From contig NIVC01000758.1 in NCBI GenBank assembly GCA_002269645.1, positions 62,001 through 126,000 of the forward strand: DNA of 64,000 bases, in the 5' to 3' direction. Below the pieces are notes generated by a model, which saw only the letters and a list, made by a program, of their open reading frames with translations, was not told where the DNA came from and did not search any database. Shown piece after piece: positions 36,769 to 49,604 of this stretch. Source of the DNA: Macrostomum lignano (lineage: Eukaryota). The stretch's first letter is position 1; each line of letters begins with the position of its first letter. Made by a program: the position numbers and the translations under genes.

Positions 36769-38233
36769 GCCAAGCTGACTGTTGCTGGATTGTTTGTCAC
36801 CAGATTGTCTTGTTGCAGGAAGCCAATTCAAAGTCTTAACATTTAACATTCTTAGCCAAATAGTTTTATTGTTTATCAATTATTTTTATCTAATGCAATA
36901 AATACTTAGCTACCAAAATTTACCCATAATTACTTATAAATGTAAATATAGTACAATTGTTACTTAATAAAATTTGTTAAACTGTCAATAATTTCTAGAA
37001 ATCACATATGCACAACTGCTAACTGCTAGCCAACCTGATTGATTTGGCTACCATAAATTGTGGTAGACCAGGGATAAGTCACAAAAATGCCTACCCAAAA
37101 AGAATATAGAGAAGGTACTAATTAGATGATGAGGCATTTAGCTTTAATAAGATAGTCTTAGTTATTCTTGCTATTTACCTAGTCACTTAAATAACTTCTC
37201 TTTTTAGTCTTTTGCACAGGAATGCCAAAGCCATTTATTCAAATAGGGCTACATAGGTGTGACCGTTTGAAGTATGCCTGCGTGGCATTCAGGGGTTTTG
37301 GTGAAATTCTATTCCAATAGGGCTTTAAGAAATGTACATGTTTTAAACAAATTTGACATTGCAATGCTATTTCTCATATTCTCTGGCTAGTGCAGCTATA
37401 ATAATCAGCTATAATTTGCTAAGTTGCCATAATGTCTAGTTGACAAAATGCCAAATTGCCATTTGATAAAATGTTTAGTCACCATTATTTAAATCCCTAA
37501 CCCTAAGGACTTAAGAGCTCCCCTTGAAAATGAAAATATTAATCTAGACTTTTGCCTTTATTACCAAATTCAATATTGATATAGCATTAAAAATCTTTAT
37601 TATTTGACTCAAATTCTAGGGCAGTGTTCCATTGTAGCCGTAGCTATGGCTATAGGATCCTAGAGCAAATATGATAAAATAGGTGCCTACTGTAGCTATA
37701 GATATACCTATGGTAGCTAGCTGCTCTCATGGCTACAACTACAGAAATATGGTAATTGCTATCACATTCTGTAGATTCCCATAGCCATAGTTATTACTTT
37801 AAAAAATTGAAAAAATATTAGAAACAGTAAAGTAAAACAAAGATACTTTAATAAACTGTATTATCAACTTAGAAACTTATAGAATATATCTAATAAAGTA
37901 CAATAAAACACTAACAAACTCTAATTTTCATTAATGTGAAAAAGTTTAGTATTATTACTTTTAGTAGCAATTTCATTTTTAGCATATGGATTAAGTATTG
38001 TTAAAAGATGAAATATAATCTTACAAAGATAATTGTGTTTCTTTAATTTTCTAACTTAATTTGCAGTTGTTTAAGTGCTAGTTTATCTTCTTGATTCAAA
38101 ATATTTTGTTTTCTAGACTTTGTTAAAACTACGGCTACAGCTATAGGAACTATAAGAATATAGTAATATTATTGGGGTTCTTACAGCTATGGAATAGAAA
38201 ATTGGAATAAGCCGTAGTTTTGCTTATGGCTAA

Positions 38234-38917
38234 TAGAGCTGTCAAAATTAGAGATTTTATTCGAGACGAGATTTGAGACGAGAAAGGCTTATAAGTCGAG
38301 AATTTCGAGACGAGACAAGACAAAGTAAATCTAAAAAATATATTTCAGAATTGCATCTTGTCTTGCTCTTATCTTGCCTTATCTTGTCTTAAATTTCTTG
38401 ATAAGATACAATTCTAAAATATATTTTTTAGATTTTCCAGAATACTTTCTTAATTCTAGTTTAAATTCTTTGCTATTTATTCATAAGAATTTATGCTTGT
38501 AGCATATAGGCCCTTGGCCCTACTATGTCTATTACTAATTCGTCAAAAGACCTGTGTAGATTGTCTTTAAGTCTACTATCATACACCTTGCTGCAGAACT
38601 GAAATGATAACTAAAAGAGCACATATGCAATGCAAACTTGTATATAACGACATTTGTTAAATAACTGCTCGACATTGTCTAGATTTTACCATTTGAAAAT
38701 TGCCCTATCAAGCGTGTTACAACAAACAGTTGTATTTATATGAAAATTTGCTCCCCCTTTTGTATCTTATCACTTAAAAGCTTTTGAAAAAGGGTATCAG
38801 AAAAATTCTTGAATCTCATCTTGAATTTCTTGACAAAATTCGAGATTTCTCGAGACGAGAAAAAATGTCGAGATCTTGTCTCAAATCTTGTCTCGTCGAG
38901 ATCTCGTGACAGCTCTA
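38234..38917. mobile_element. hAT-type MITE
   Basis: TIR TAGAGCTGTCA / TGACAGCTCTA; perfect 8-bp TSD ATGGCTAA (38226-38233, 38918-38925); subterminal GAGACGAGA motifs; no ORF. Confidence 0.9.
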
Positions 38918-41352
38918 ATGGCTAAGGCTATGGTTTGGTACATGGACTCTCCTTATGATAGAAAACTTCTAGGAATTTAAAAAATCTCCTTACATTAAAA
39001 CTAGTAATATTAATTTATTCTTATTAGCCTACTTCCATTAAACAAATCAATAGTCAATAGGTATAATAGTCTTTTAAGTTTTAGTTGAGTAATATTAAAT
39101 AGATGTAATCCTAAATATAGAAAATATATGTTCTTTTACTTCATTACCTATAGCAATAATAACAAACTAGGCCTATAACAACCCTAGGTAAGCCATAATT
39201 TTAGGTTATTATAAAAAGGCAAGTATAGGCCTAAGCACAGATTTGTGCAGAATAGTTGTCAAAATGCAGACTTCTAACACCCACCAAGCTGCCTACACTA
39301 TAACTAGCAAACTAGGGGCCTATATTTATAAATAACTTTGTTTTGCCAAAAAAGCTTTGTAGGCCCATCTGTAGGGCCTAACTTTCTATAGCCATATCCA
39401 CAGGCCACAGCTATAGTAGAACTCTAGTAGTAGATTTAGACAAAGGGTAGGGTCTTACTTTTTTCTTTGAATTAAAGTTTTTTATCTTTTTATATTAATA
39501 TAGCCAGAATAGTATAGGCCTAGCCTAAGTAGTATAGGCCTATTATCAAATAAATTAGAATCAAAAACAAATATACCCTTAACCTTACCTTTACCCTAGT
39601 AATAGGCCTATTCTGCATCCTTCTGTCTGGGCTTTGGCTCTATTCAAAATTTTCTGGATCCTTGCCTATACTATAGTAATAGGCTCTGACTATAATAATA
39701 ATAATAGTACATATAGGTTGCCAATCTTAAATTTTCTAAATCAATGCTTGAATAGTTTATAAATTATAGCATAGGCCATAATTTTAAGTTTCAATTAATA
39801 TAATAGGCTTATATTCTTAATATAAATTATATTAGACTATTACGTCTATTAGTTTTGAATGACTACAAAACCAAAATCCGAAAGGGGATAGTTGTTTTCG
39901 ACCACTTGGCACTTGGTAAAAATACTATGCGCGTACAACTGTAAATATACCATGATCCAATTAGGTCTAGGCCTCTTATCTAGGCATAGAACTAACGACG
40001 CTATATATTACAGATAGGAATGAATATTAATATAACTACAGCTAAGTGAGCTAACTTAACTAGTATTAATAGAATAACTAAAAAAGTAATTTAAACTAAC
40101 AGTAGTACACAATGGATCGAACATTATCGATTGTGACATCAGATCAGTCACAGTGACCAGACGCACTTAAAGCCGCAACTGCGTCTAGAGTTCAAACTCT
40201 GCGCATAGAAAATGATTGAGTCACGATGCTCATTCAATACTCCTACGTCCTATTTAAGGCCTGTTGTCTCCTAGTAGCATAGCCAGCCAATCAGCGAAAC
40301 CGAAACCGAAAGTGCGCCCCGCGCTTAGCTAATTTAAGATAAGATTAGATTTGATCATTACAACGTACCTGACGTAGCCGATCGACTTCAGCTCCATTCT
40401 AAACTTAGATCTCACCATAGATCTTATCTTAAAATAGATCTTTGAGTCTCGACAATTTTTCGACCATCTTGTTAATTGTTCTTGGTATTTCGTTGTTTAA
40501 CGTTTATGACTGCGTGTTAAAAAACTCGCAAAATTTCACTTTAATTCACAAATCCTAGATTCGGAAACCGAGATCTTGTTCCTACGTTAGAATTTTTCTA
40601 AAAAATAATAGTTAGAATTCAATAGTTGCGTCACGGTAGACTTTCTTTTAAAATTGATCGTTAAATCAAATCATACGGCGTGTACTCGTACGCTCGTAGC
40701 AAGATTCTCTCTGATTTTTATCCAACCGATACTCGTATGACAACTGTTGTAGGCTGGGTTCTTGATTGTACATGTATTGCTTTGTTTGCTTGTATTAATT
40801 CAACTCGAAAATAGTGGGAGTCTAATCAGATATACGAAAATTGATCTAATCGAATGAAGAATCGATAGCAAAGGCACTCATGGGCAGCGGCAGCTGGTCA
40901 GCTAGATGGGTCACAGCGGAGAGTGCAAATTCTCGGTATAAAAAATTATGCAAATAAGATGCACATAATTTGAGGCTCCAAATTCTAAAAAATGTGCATT
41001 AAAAATGAGGAAAGTAAAGTAACGCAGACAGGACTGACTACTCATAGGCCATGTTCAGGCCATTCTGGCACGGTAATCGCAATAAAACAGCACAATTCTG
41101 CACAATTTGTATAATTAAATTTTAACACAGGGTTTAAAAAACTAAGCTCACACGAGATACCAAGGAGAGAGCAGCTGCAAGTTTCGATTCTGAAACGGCA
41201 TTGCATTTTGCATAAATATTTCATCAAAATAATTATAAAGCGACAGCAGACAGCACAACTGGAAAAAAGATAAACACTCAAGGAGTAGGGGAGATCAGGA
41301 CATCAGAGTTCAGGGAATGAGAATCATCACGGGATGAGGAGGCTCGGGAGAG

Positions 41353-42085
41353 ATGAGGAGAGGATCAGGAGAGGGAGGATCAGGGGAGGATCAGGGGAGG
41401 ATCAGGAGAGGATCAGAGCAGGATCAGGAGAGGATCAAGAGAGGGAGAATCAGGGGAGGATCAGGAGAGGATCAGGAGAGGATTAGAGCAGGATCAGGAG
41501 AGGATCAGGAGAGGATTAGAGCAGGATCAGGAGAGGATCAGGGGAGGATCAGAGCAGGATCAGGAGAGGATCAGGAGAGGGAGGATCAGGGGAGGATCAG
41601 GGGAGGATCAGGAGAGGATCAGAGCAGGATCAGGAGAGGATCAGGGGAGGATCAGGGGAGGATCAGGAGAGGATCAGGAGAGGATCAGGGGAGGATCAGG
41701 AGACGATCAGGAGAGGATCAGAGCAGGATCAGGGGAGGATCAGGGGAGGATCAGGAGAGGATTAGAGCAGGATCAGGAGAGGATCAGAGCAGGATCAGGA
41801 GAGGATCAGGAGAGGATCAGGAGAGGGAGGATCAGGGGAGGATCAGGGGAGGATCAGGAGAGGATCAGAGCAGGATCAGGGAAGGATCAGGGGGGATCAG
41901 GAGAGGATCAGGGGGGATCAGGAGAGGATCAGAGCAGGATCAGGAGAGGATCAGGGGAGGATCAGGAGACGATCAGGAGAGGATCAGAGCAGGATCAGGG
42001 GAGGATCAGGGGAGGATCAGGAGAGGATCAGGAAAGGATCAGGAGAGGGAGGATCAGGGCAGGGAGATTCAAGGGAGAGAAGATC
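41353..42085. repeat. ~10-bp GGATCAGGAG-type satellite
   Basis: Seen directly; source of a spurious 253-aa ORF. Confidence 0.92.
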
Positions 42086-42741
42086 AGAGTGGTCCCACAT
42101 GCGGGCAGCGATAACCAAGGAAATGCAACGATTGTAGACAAAGACTGCACAACAGAAAAGGGCGCAAATGTGCTGCCACAGATGGACACACACAGGACAC
42201 AGACAAGGGGAGGCGGCCACTAAGCGGGGTCACAAAAGCGGAGACTGGCATCAAAGTCAACAACACAGAAGACAGCAGCCGGACACACAAAATCAGATGG
42301 CTTGCGTTCAGATTCTATTGGTAAAAAATAATCAACCAGCAGGCATGGAATTTGCAATCCGTGATACCGAATAATACAAGTGGGAAAATAAAAAGTGCAT
42401 AATAACTGCAGGAAAGTATCTGAGCTGCTGAGCATTAATCTGATTGGCTTGCTTGAACGGCGGCACACAAAAAAAGCGCACGGACTTGACGGAAGCCACG
42501 ACAGCCAATCAGAGACACTTTGCACATTTTTTATCGATTGCACAGTAGACTGCATTACACTACTGAACAGTAAGCACGTAAGTAGGCGATCGGGGGTTTT
42601 GATTGCAAAATATAAACGGCATAAAAAATGGAATTAAGAGGGAGGAGTTTATTAGCAGAGAACCAATCAAGACTGACACCAGCAGAAATTGATAAAACTA
42701 ATTTTTACACGCCGAACCCCCTTCCCCCAGCAACCGCCAAG

Positions 42742-42936
42742 TCAGCGCTGGTTCGGATCGAACTGCAGCAGCCTCACAATGCTCGGATCCGACTTGGCGC
42801 CCTCGATAAATTCCTCCATCGACAGCCGGCCGTCCAAGTCTTTGTCCATTTGGCGAAATATTTTATCCGTCCGCTTCTCTGGGGTCGCCTCGTCCTCCGG
42901 CATGCGCATCACCATGCCAACCATGCTGTAGATGGC
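42742..42936 (-). CDS. NCALD: Neurocalcin/hippocalcin-like, exon 2
   Basis: CAG acceptor; [31 protein letters not shown]...[13 protein letters not shown]; in phase with exon 1. Confidence 0.95.
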   Translation of the reverse strand, partial: AIYSMVGMVMRMPEDEATPEKRTDKIFRQMDKDLDGRLSMEEFIEGAKSDPSIVRLLQFDPNQR

Positions 42937-42969
42937 CTGCGGGCGGCGGCGGTGACTGTCCAGTTGCAG

Positions 42970-43395
42970 TTTTTTCTTGCAAAATGCGTTTACTCTACTG
43001 TCTTTTGGGCATATGAATGCGCATGGCTATCTAAATTTCTATGCCTCGTCATTAATTTTTTCTTGCAAAATGCGTTTACTCTACTGTCTTTCGGGCATAT
43101 GAATGCGCATGGCTATCTAAATTTCTATGCCTCGTCATTACTTTTTTCTTGCAAAATGCGTTTACTCTACTGTCTTTCGGGCATATGAATGCGCATGGCT
43201 ATCTAAATTTCTATGCCTCGTCATTAATTTTTTCTTGCAAAATGCGTTTACTCTACTGTCTTTCGGGCATATGAATGCGCATGGCTATCTAAATTTCTAT
43301 GCCTCGTCATTACTTTTTTCTTGCAAAATGCGTTTACTCTACTGTCTTTCGGGCATATGAATGCGCATGGCTATCTAAATTTCTATGCCTCGTCA
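42970..43395. repeat. 86-bp tandem repeat x5 next to the neurocalcin acceptor
   Basis: Period checked at 42975, 43061, 43147, 43233, 43319. Confidence 0.95.
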
Positions 43396-44267
43396 GAATT
43401 TTTTATTTCAAAAAACATAAATGCAAGTTGGATTGACTCGGTCGTAATGCAATTTGGTTGGTAGCTCAGCAACGGAAGACATGAGCACGGATCACACAAG
43501 ATTGGCGTCATTCGTAGTGCCATGATTAAGTGGTGCGGCAAGGATGTTTCGTTCGGGAGGTGGCCCTGGAGTTGTCGTGAAATTCACAGCCATGAGGGTT
43601 AACTCCATGCCAAGACACAGGGTGTAAATGCCTGACAATTAGAAAGTCGGGGCCGCTGTACACCCTGAATGAGCGACGAGCATGTGTACGAGTGCTTGCC
43701 TGCATACAGTATCCGCCCAGGATGGGCAGAAGTCATGTCCTGCTGCTGGAACGTTAAAACAAAACGCAATGCCACTCAAAATGCCTGTGTCGGACCTGTA
43801 ATGAGGCGCTGAGTACCGCGGAACCTGCCGGATCAATAAAGGTTCAAGAGGTCCTGTATTTGCCTCCTGGGAGAGAATTATCGATTTCCGCAGAGATTTC
43901 CCCTGTGTCTTCGCATTTTCCCCCGGCCGTACCGGCACCCAGCGCCCGCTCGCTCTGGGTTCCGCTGAGACCGCCTCCGGTTCCCTTGCCGGGTGACTCC
44001 ATTAATCCCGGGAGTTGGAAAACAGAATAACAGCCGGCCCAGACAAACCAGCTGTGACAAGCAATGCTAGCACAGGCCAGCAACTGCACTGATTCCGCAC
44101 CTGGGAACTCTGCAATTGCAGCTCATAGGCGCCCCGCTCCATTGTCCCTTTGATTGGCGAAATCAATAAAATGAGCGAAGCGCACGATAATATTATTGTG
44201 TGGAATTTCTTCAGTCAGTAAGTCTACGCATGCTCTAGATAAATAAGTTTATTATGTAGTACTCCTG

Positions 44268-44430
44268 CACAATCTTCAGCACCCTCCGCACAATTTCCAG
44301 CACCCTCCGCACAATCTCCAGCACCCTCCACACAATCTCCAGCACCCTCTGCACAATCTCCAGCACCCTCTGCACAATCTCCAGCACCCTACGCACAATC
44401 TCCAGCACCCTAGAGCACTTACCCTTCACA
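44268..44430 (-). repeat. 21-bp repeat x7 copying the 3' end of neurocalcin exon 1
   Basis: The unit shares TGCTGGAGATTGTG with the exon end. Confidence 0.9.
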
Positions 44431-44458
44431 TAATATCCAGTATCCTGCAGCGACTCAC

Positions 44459-44836
44459 CCTCACAATCTCCAGCATCTCCTCCCTGCTGATGAAGCCGTC
44501 TCCATCCAGGTCGTACATGGAGAAGGCCCAGGACAGTTTCTGCTCCAGGCGGCCCCTGGAGGTGACGCTGAGAGCGCAGATGAACTCGCGGAAGTCGATG
44601 CGGTCGTTGCCGTCCCGGTCGAAGGTGCGGAACACGTGGTCAGCAAACTTGGAGGCGTCTCCATAGGGAAAGAAGTTGGCGTAGATCTTCTGGAACTCGG
44701 GCCTGCTCAGCTCGCCATTCGGGCAGTCCTTGATGAAGCCGCGGTACCAGTCCTGCAGCTCCTCCTCGGTGAACTGCGTCTGCTCCACGAGGTCGTGCAG
44801 CTGCTCTGGACTCAGCTTTGAGGATTTCGATCCCAT
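44459..44836 (-). CDS. NCALD: Neurocalcin/hippocalcin-like neuronal calcium sensor, exon 1
   Basis: MGSKSS myristoylation motif; [44 protein letters not shown]; donor GTGAGT at 44458. Confidence 0.95.
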
Positions 44837-44974
44837 ATCTACTGACCAGCTGGCGAGGTCTGGGCAGACGAAGAGGAAGCAGTTCTAGCAGAACTTTGCT
44901 ATGGGGATTTGGAAAGCTGGATTAAGAGGGCCATGGAAAGGGGAGAAGGGAGCGGGGGCTCGAGGCCAAAGCCT

Positions 44975-44995
44975 GGCTGCTTCTGATTGGCTGGC
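44975..44995 (-). promoter_or_regulatory. CCAAT box upstream of neurocalcin
   Basis: ctgattggct on +, i.e. AGCCAATCAG on the gene strand, ~150 nt upstream of the ATG. Confidence 0.35.
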
Positions 44996-45340
44996 CGCTG
45001 CAAGAAAAGAGAGATTAGCAACTGGCTGAGAATTGTTTTTCTATTTCAGTATTGAGTAAACTATTAGCACAAAGCAGAATACAACTGGCAATTAATTGAA
45101 AGAAAAGCACCAATCCATGCTAATTCATTCTATTAAAGCCCACTGAACATGTGTGGCGGAAAGTGCTATTTATTTTAATCTTGCCTACGCTCATTTATTT
45201 TCTCCACTACGCTCCGATCATTTTCACTGTGATTTTGTTTCTAGCTTGGAGTGATTTTGCTTCTAGCACAGCGACGCTAAAGTTCAACCCTAAATTGACT
45301 CTAATTCAACTACATGGCGCCCAAATGGAGACAGGCACAG

Positions 45341-45493
45341 CTGCTCAAGGCTAGAGAAGAGTCTGCCGAGCAGCTACAAGCAGTTGCTCAAGGCTAGAGA
45401 AGAGTCTGCCGAGCAGCTCAAAACAGTTACTCAAGGCTAGAGAAGAGTCTGCCGAGCAGCTCAAAGCAGTTGCTCAAGGCTAGAGAAGAGTCT
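45341..45493. repeat. 43-bp tandem repeat, ~3.5 copies
   Basis: CTCAAGGCTAGAGAAGAGTCTGCCGAGCAGCT... period 43. Confidence 0.85.
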
Positions 45494-46199
45494 CGGCTGT
45501 TCAGATGACTATATTGAAAGAACCTTGTCTATTGCTGGATCATCTTGTGAAACTACATCTATTTAAATCTGCGTCATTAATGCACCAAATGGAATGGGCA
45601 AAAGGTGTTTCGCGAGATCCATCTACAGTAAATATTGCAACTTGGCTGTTGTGCTCTGTTTTGATTTTCTACGCCTTGTGACTCGAAAATCGGACAGCAA
45701 GTTTACCATGGCGCAGGTTGAACTCTATGCTTTACTTCTGGCAGGATTTTTTTGTTTGCCAAGTTTTGCATTCGACGATGTAACAAATTGAGAAGCTAGT
45801 TCTGTTGACTGTACAGGTTCAGTATGTTACAAGTTGATGGCACTTTTGTGTGCAGAATTGGACTCGCAGCCGAAAGAGCGTAATTTCTATTGTCGTCAGG
45901 GACAGAGAGTACTTGGGCTGTTTTCCGAGGCCAGTTTCTTGCATTCAGCTACATCTAGTTCTGGTGACTCTGATTTGGATATTCAGCAGCCGGATATTCA
46001 GATTTCTATTGACACTCTGTCGAGATCGACCCGCAGAAAAGAAAAGAAAGTGTTTTCGACTGATGGGCCTCTCGAGAAACCAACCAACTCCGCACCCTTG
46101 ATGTAGCCATGTACGTACCTCTTACCCTCTGAGCCAGTCAAAGAACTGGCTCACACTCACATGATCATTGAGGTTTGCAAAGAATTTCTTGACACTGCC

Positions 46200-47530
46200 A
46201 TAATCTGCTAGAGTGACAGCATGGATGCATTGTGGTGGATAAAGTCAGAACACAAGACTTGAAAGGTGTTCATCTAGAACTGCATTGTGTTTATCATCAT
46301 CTGGTCAGCAGATCCACTGGACGGTTGGAGGCATTGCCCTGGAAAAGAAAATCCTGCTGGCATTGCAACTTGTGCCATCACTCTGGAATTGCTCAACAGC
46401 CGCTCCTGCAGGTTTTGTAGACCTACTTGGCTGTGGTCTGACTCTTCAATATGACCGGTTTAGTCAGATTTTTTGACAAGTCTAGCTTGGATGACAGCTC
46501 TATTCATTGTGTAACTGTAGAAGCCAGTGGCCCTCTGGAACCTTATATTTGGATAGACAAAGTGATACACTTGCAGAAGTTCAGCACTTATGTAGAGGCT
46601 TCTCCGAGTGTCAGCATGGGTCTTCCACTTTGCCATATCACTTTAGATCCAGGGTTTGCCATACAAAGTTGGTTAGCAATCACAGTTGCTCCTGTCAAGA
46701 GTGAAGTCGCTAATAGCATTCTAGCATATTGGCCTAGACTACTATGGTCCACTTCTCTACTATGGGGGAGGAAGATGGCCAAAAGCCTACATCCTACTTT
46801 TTGCTTGCATGAGCACACAAGCGGTCTATCTTGAAATGACCACAGATTTGACTACTCAATCATTTCTTTAGTCTTTGTTGCTTCTATGCGTATTGCAGGA
46901 CTCTATCAATAATTCCTGAAAAATTCAAGACTTTCCACCCTACAGGGTGACTACTAGATGCCCAAATTGTGCCCTTTCAAATCATAGGAGGTCAAGAGTT
47001 CTTAGCCACCAAAAGAATCTACTGGTCATTTATCCTAGAAAAAGCACCATGGATAGGCAAATTCTATGAGCCATTGGTTGGTGTTGTGAAGTCAACTTTG
47101 AAGAAGACTGTCTGCAAAGCTTTTCTTACCCTAGACAAGTTGACAACAGTTTGTGTGCATAGTGGAAGCAGTTGTTGATTCTAGACTACTTGGGTTGATC
47201 TTGTCCAAAGTGCATACAGAAGTAATCATGCTAAGTCATTTCCTTGTTCTTAATTGGCTGACAAAAGAACCAGAAGTGAATCTAGAGAGCCAAACAGTTC
47301 TACCTCTTCTAGAGTAGCTGAGCTAAGTGTGGCAGTTGCTGACTAAATTCTGGTAAGAATAGTTATGCTGAATAAGTACAAAATAGCCCTGTGCAAGTAT
47401 TTGGCAAGGAAGGAAAGCCAAATGTTTGATCATGTAATCAAGGTTAGAAATGTTGTTTTGGTAATAGACTCTGGTGTGCCACAGCTGTAGTAGACACTAT
47501 AAGTTGTAGAAACAGTATATCATACTAGGT
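46200..47530 (+). mobile_element. Decayed BEL/Pao retrotransposon remnant (RNase H-integrase); may extend left to ~45500
   Basis: WRHCPGKENPA (46327), GLDYYGP (46731), EKAPWIGKFYEPLVGVVKSTLKK (~47040), KVRNVVLV (~47440); many stops and frameshifts. Confidence 0.8.
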
Positions 47531-49097
47531 TATACATCCTGAGGTTAGCTAATCTATATTATAATCATGTCATTTTGCATTTTTGATAGCTAGTAATATT
47601 GCTAATTCCTTTAGAGGTCTAAGCCTATCTCCTATCTTTGATCTTGTTTCATGCTATCTTATTGTCAATCTTTTAGTCTTTTTTGTTGCCATTTATATTA
47701 TATAAAAATATTCTTCTTAACATTAACCTGTCTTACCTTAACAACATAATGAGCAAATGCCAGGGTCATTCCACAAGAAATTTATACTTAGAAAATCTCT
47801 AGATTACACTTTAAAAGATAATAAAAATTTTTGTTCTTTAAGAATTAGACCATGTCTATTTCATTACAATTGTACCAGAAAATGACTAGTATAAATTGAG
47901 AAAAAAATAGCCTTGGCATAAATCCCTGGCATAAGATTTGGTTTAAATGGATTGGAATAAATGGCTAACAAAAAAATAACTATATGATCTTTTGCCACAT
48001 ATACAATGATTGTGTAACATATTTCATATTTGAATAATAATAATTATAAAATTTTATTATTTATATAAAGTAAAATGAAGTTTCAAATCTAGAAATTATA
48101 CTATAATGCAACATTTTTATATTTTTTTAACTTAAATATTTAGAAAGTATGTGTAGGGCACCTTTTGATTATTTTACAAAATTAATATTAGTATAAATTA
48201 TGTTGAATGCGTGCCAAATCTAGGAAAACATATTTTTTATAATACATATATTCTTCATAATATTTTATGCAAACTAATTTTTGTTTAAACTAGCAGTAAA
48301 TTTTAGTATACATAAAAACATTTTTGGTGGAGGAGAGACCAACTTTGTGCTTTGCAGTTCCTTAAGAAATAAAGCCAATATTGAATAGTAGAGTTCCAAG
48401 TAAAGGTTATTGAAGATTGTTTTCTAAGTTGATTTATTTTCTAAAGTGAAGTAAAGTAGACAGAAGTATGTACACAATATATACTATACTGAGAAGTGGA
48501 AGTAGTAAGAGAATTTGAAGTAGATCCTAAATGAATACATGTAAGAATAGCTAGAGGCTGTGACCCTCTGATCTTGGTAACACTCTAGACTAGAAATACT
48601 GGAAATACTCGTATATAAACATTTTTCAGACATATTCTAAGATTAATAAACATATCATTTATTAATAGAATATAGTCTTGGTAGCAGCTACCAACATTTA
48701 TAAGGATAGAAATTAAGCCCTGTGATAACTTTGGTGACATTTTGGAATTATTTGTAGAGATAATAGTTAACCCTTAACATAACTTTGGTAACTCAGTGGT
48801 GAGATTTTGAGTATAGGCCTACAGGAAATATGATAAATATTTGCATAAACTGCACCATATCCCTACTCCTAGTCTAGGCATTATACCTAGACTTAATGTT
48901 TAGACTTAATATCTCAGACATAATAGGCCCATCTCTACATATAAAAATCAAAACTCTGTGTGTGTGTCTGTGTGTGGACAATTTCATTCGCTATAGACTC
49001 CCAAACCGCTCAACCAAATGACACCAAATTTTACACCCACCCTAAACTTACTATGGAGAATGTCTTAGGCGACCTTAAAATTTCCTAAACTCAAGTC

Positions 49098-49338
49098 TGT
49101 AAGAGTTTAATGCATGATTTGGCAGTTGCACGAAGAAGTACGAAAGCCACAGTGGGCGAGACGATGTTATTTATTCAATATTTAGTCGGCTACTGCATTG
49201 CGTGGGGTGGTGGTCGTAAATGTACACTTTGCTTACTACGAGTACAGATAAGGGGGCGAGAGTTAGAGAGAGAAAGCCGGCTGACGTACGGACCAGGAAA
49301 AATGGGGTGGGCGCTCTATAGCAAATCAATGTCTCACA
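49098..49338 (-). repeat. 3' LTR (241 bp)
   Basis: Direct repeat of the 5' LTR; preceded on the minus strand by a short purine tract GAGGAGAGA (49339-49347). Confidence 0.96.
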
Positions 49339-49604
49339 TCTCTCCTCAACGCAGAAAAGAAAATCACTTTTGAAAACTCGATGCTTGCATTCGAAGCGCG
49401 GGGAGACTCGAACGACATACCGATTGCAGGGGAAATTAAATATTGGTTGCCGCTGACCATTGAATAAAAAAAACAACGGACGCAGCCGGAATAAAAGCAT
49501 TTCGAGAAACGAAAACAACGCAAAAGGTTACAAAAGACATTTAACAGTTTCAAACATTTTTAAACAGTTGCGACGGATTTCAAGACTATCAAATCACCCC
49601 CCCC

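Noticed and set aside
43639-44089. Short ORFs in the neurocalcin intron as a transposase fragment
   Set aside because: No catalytic motifs or termini recognised
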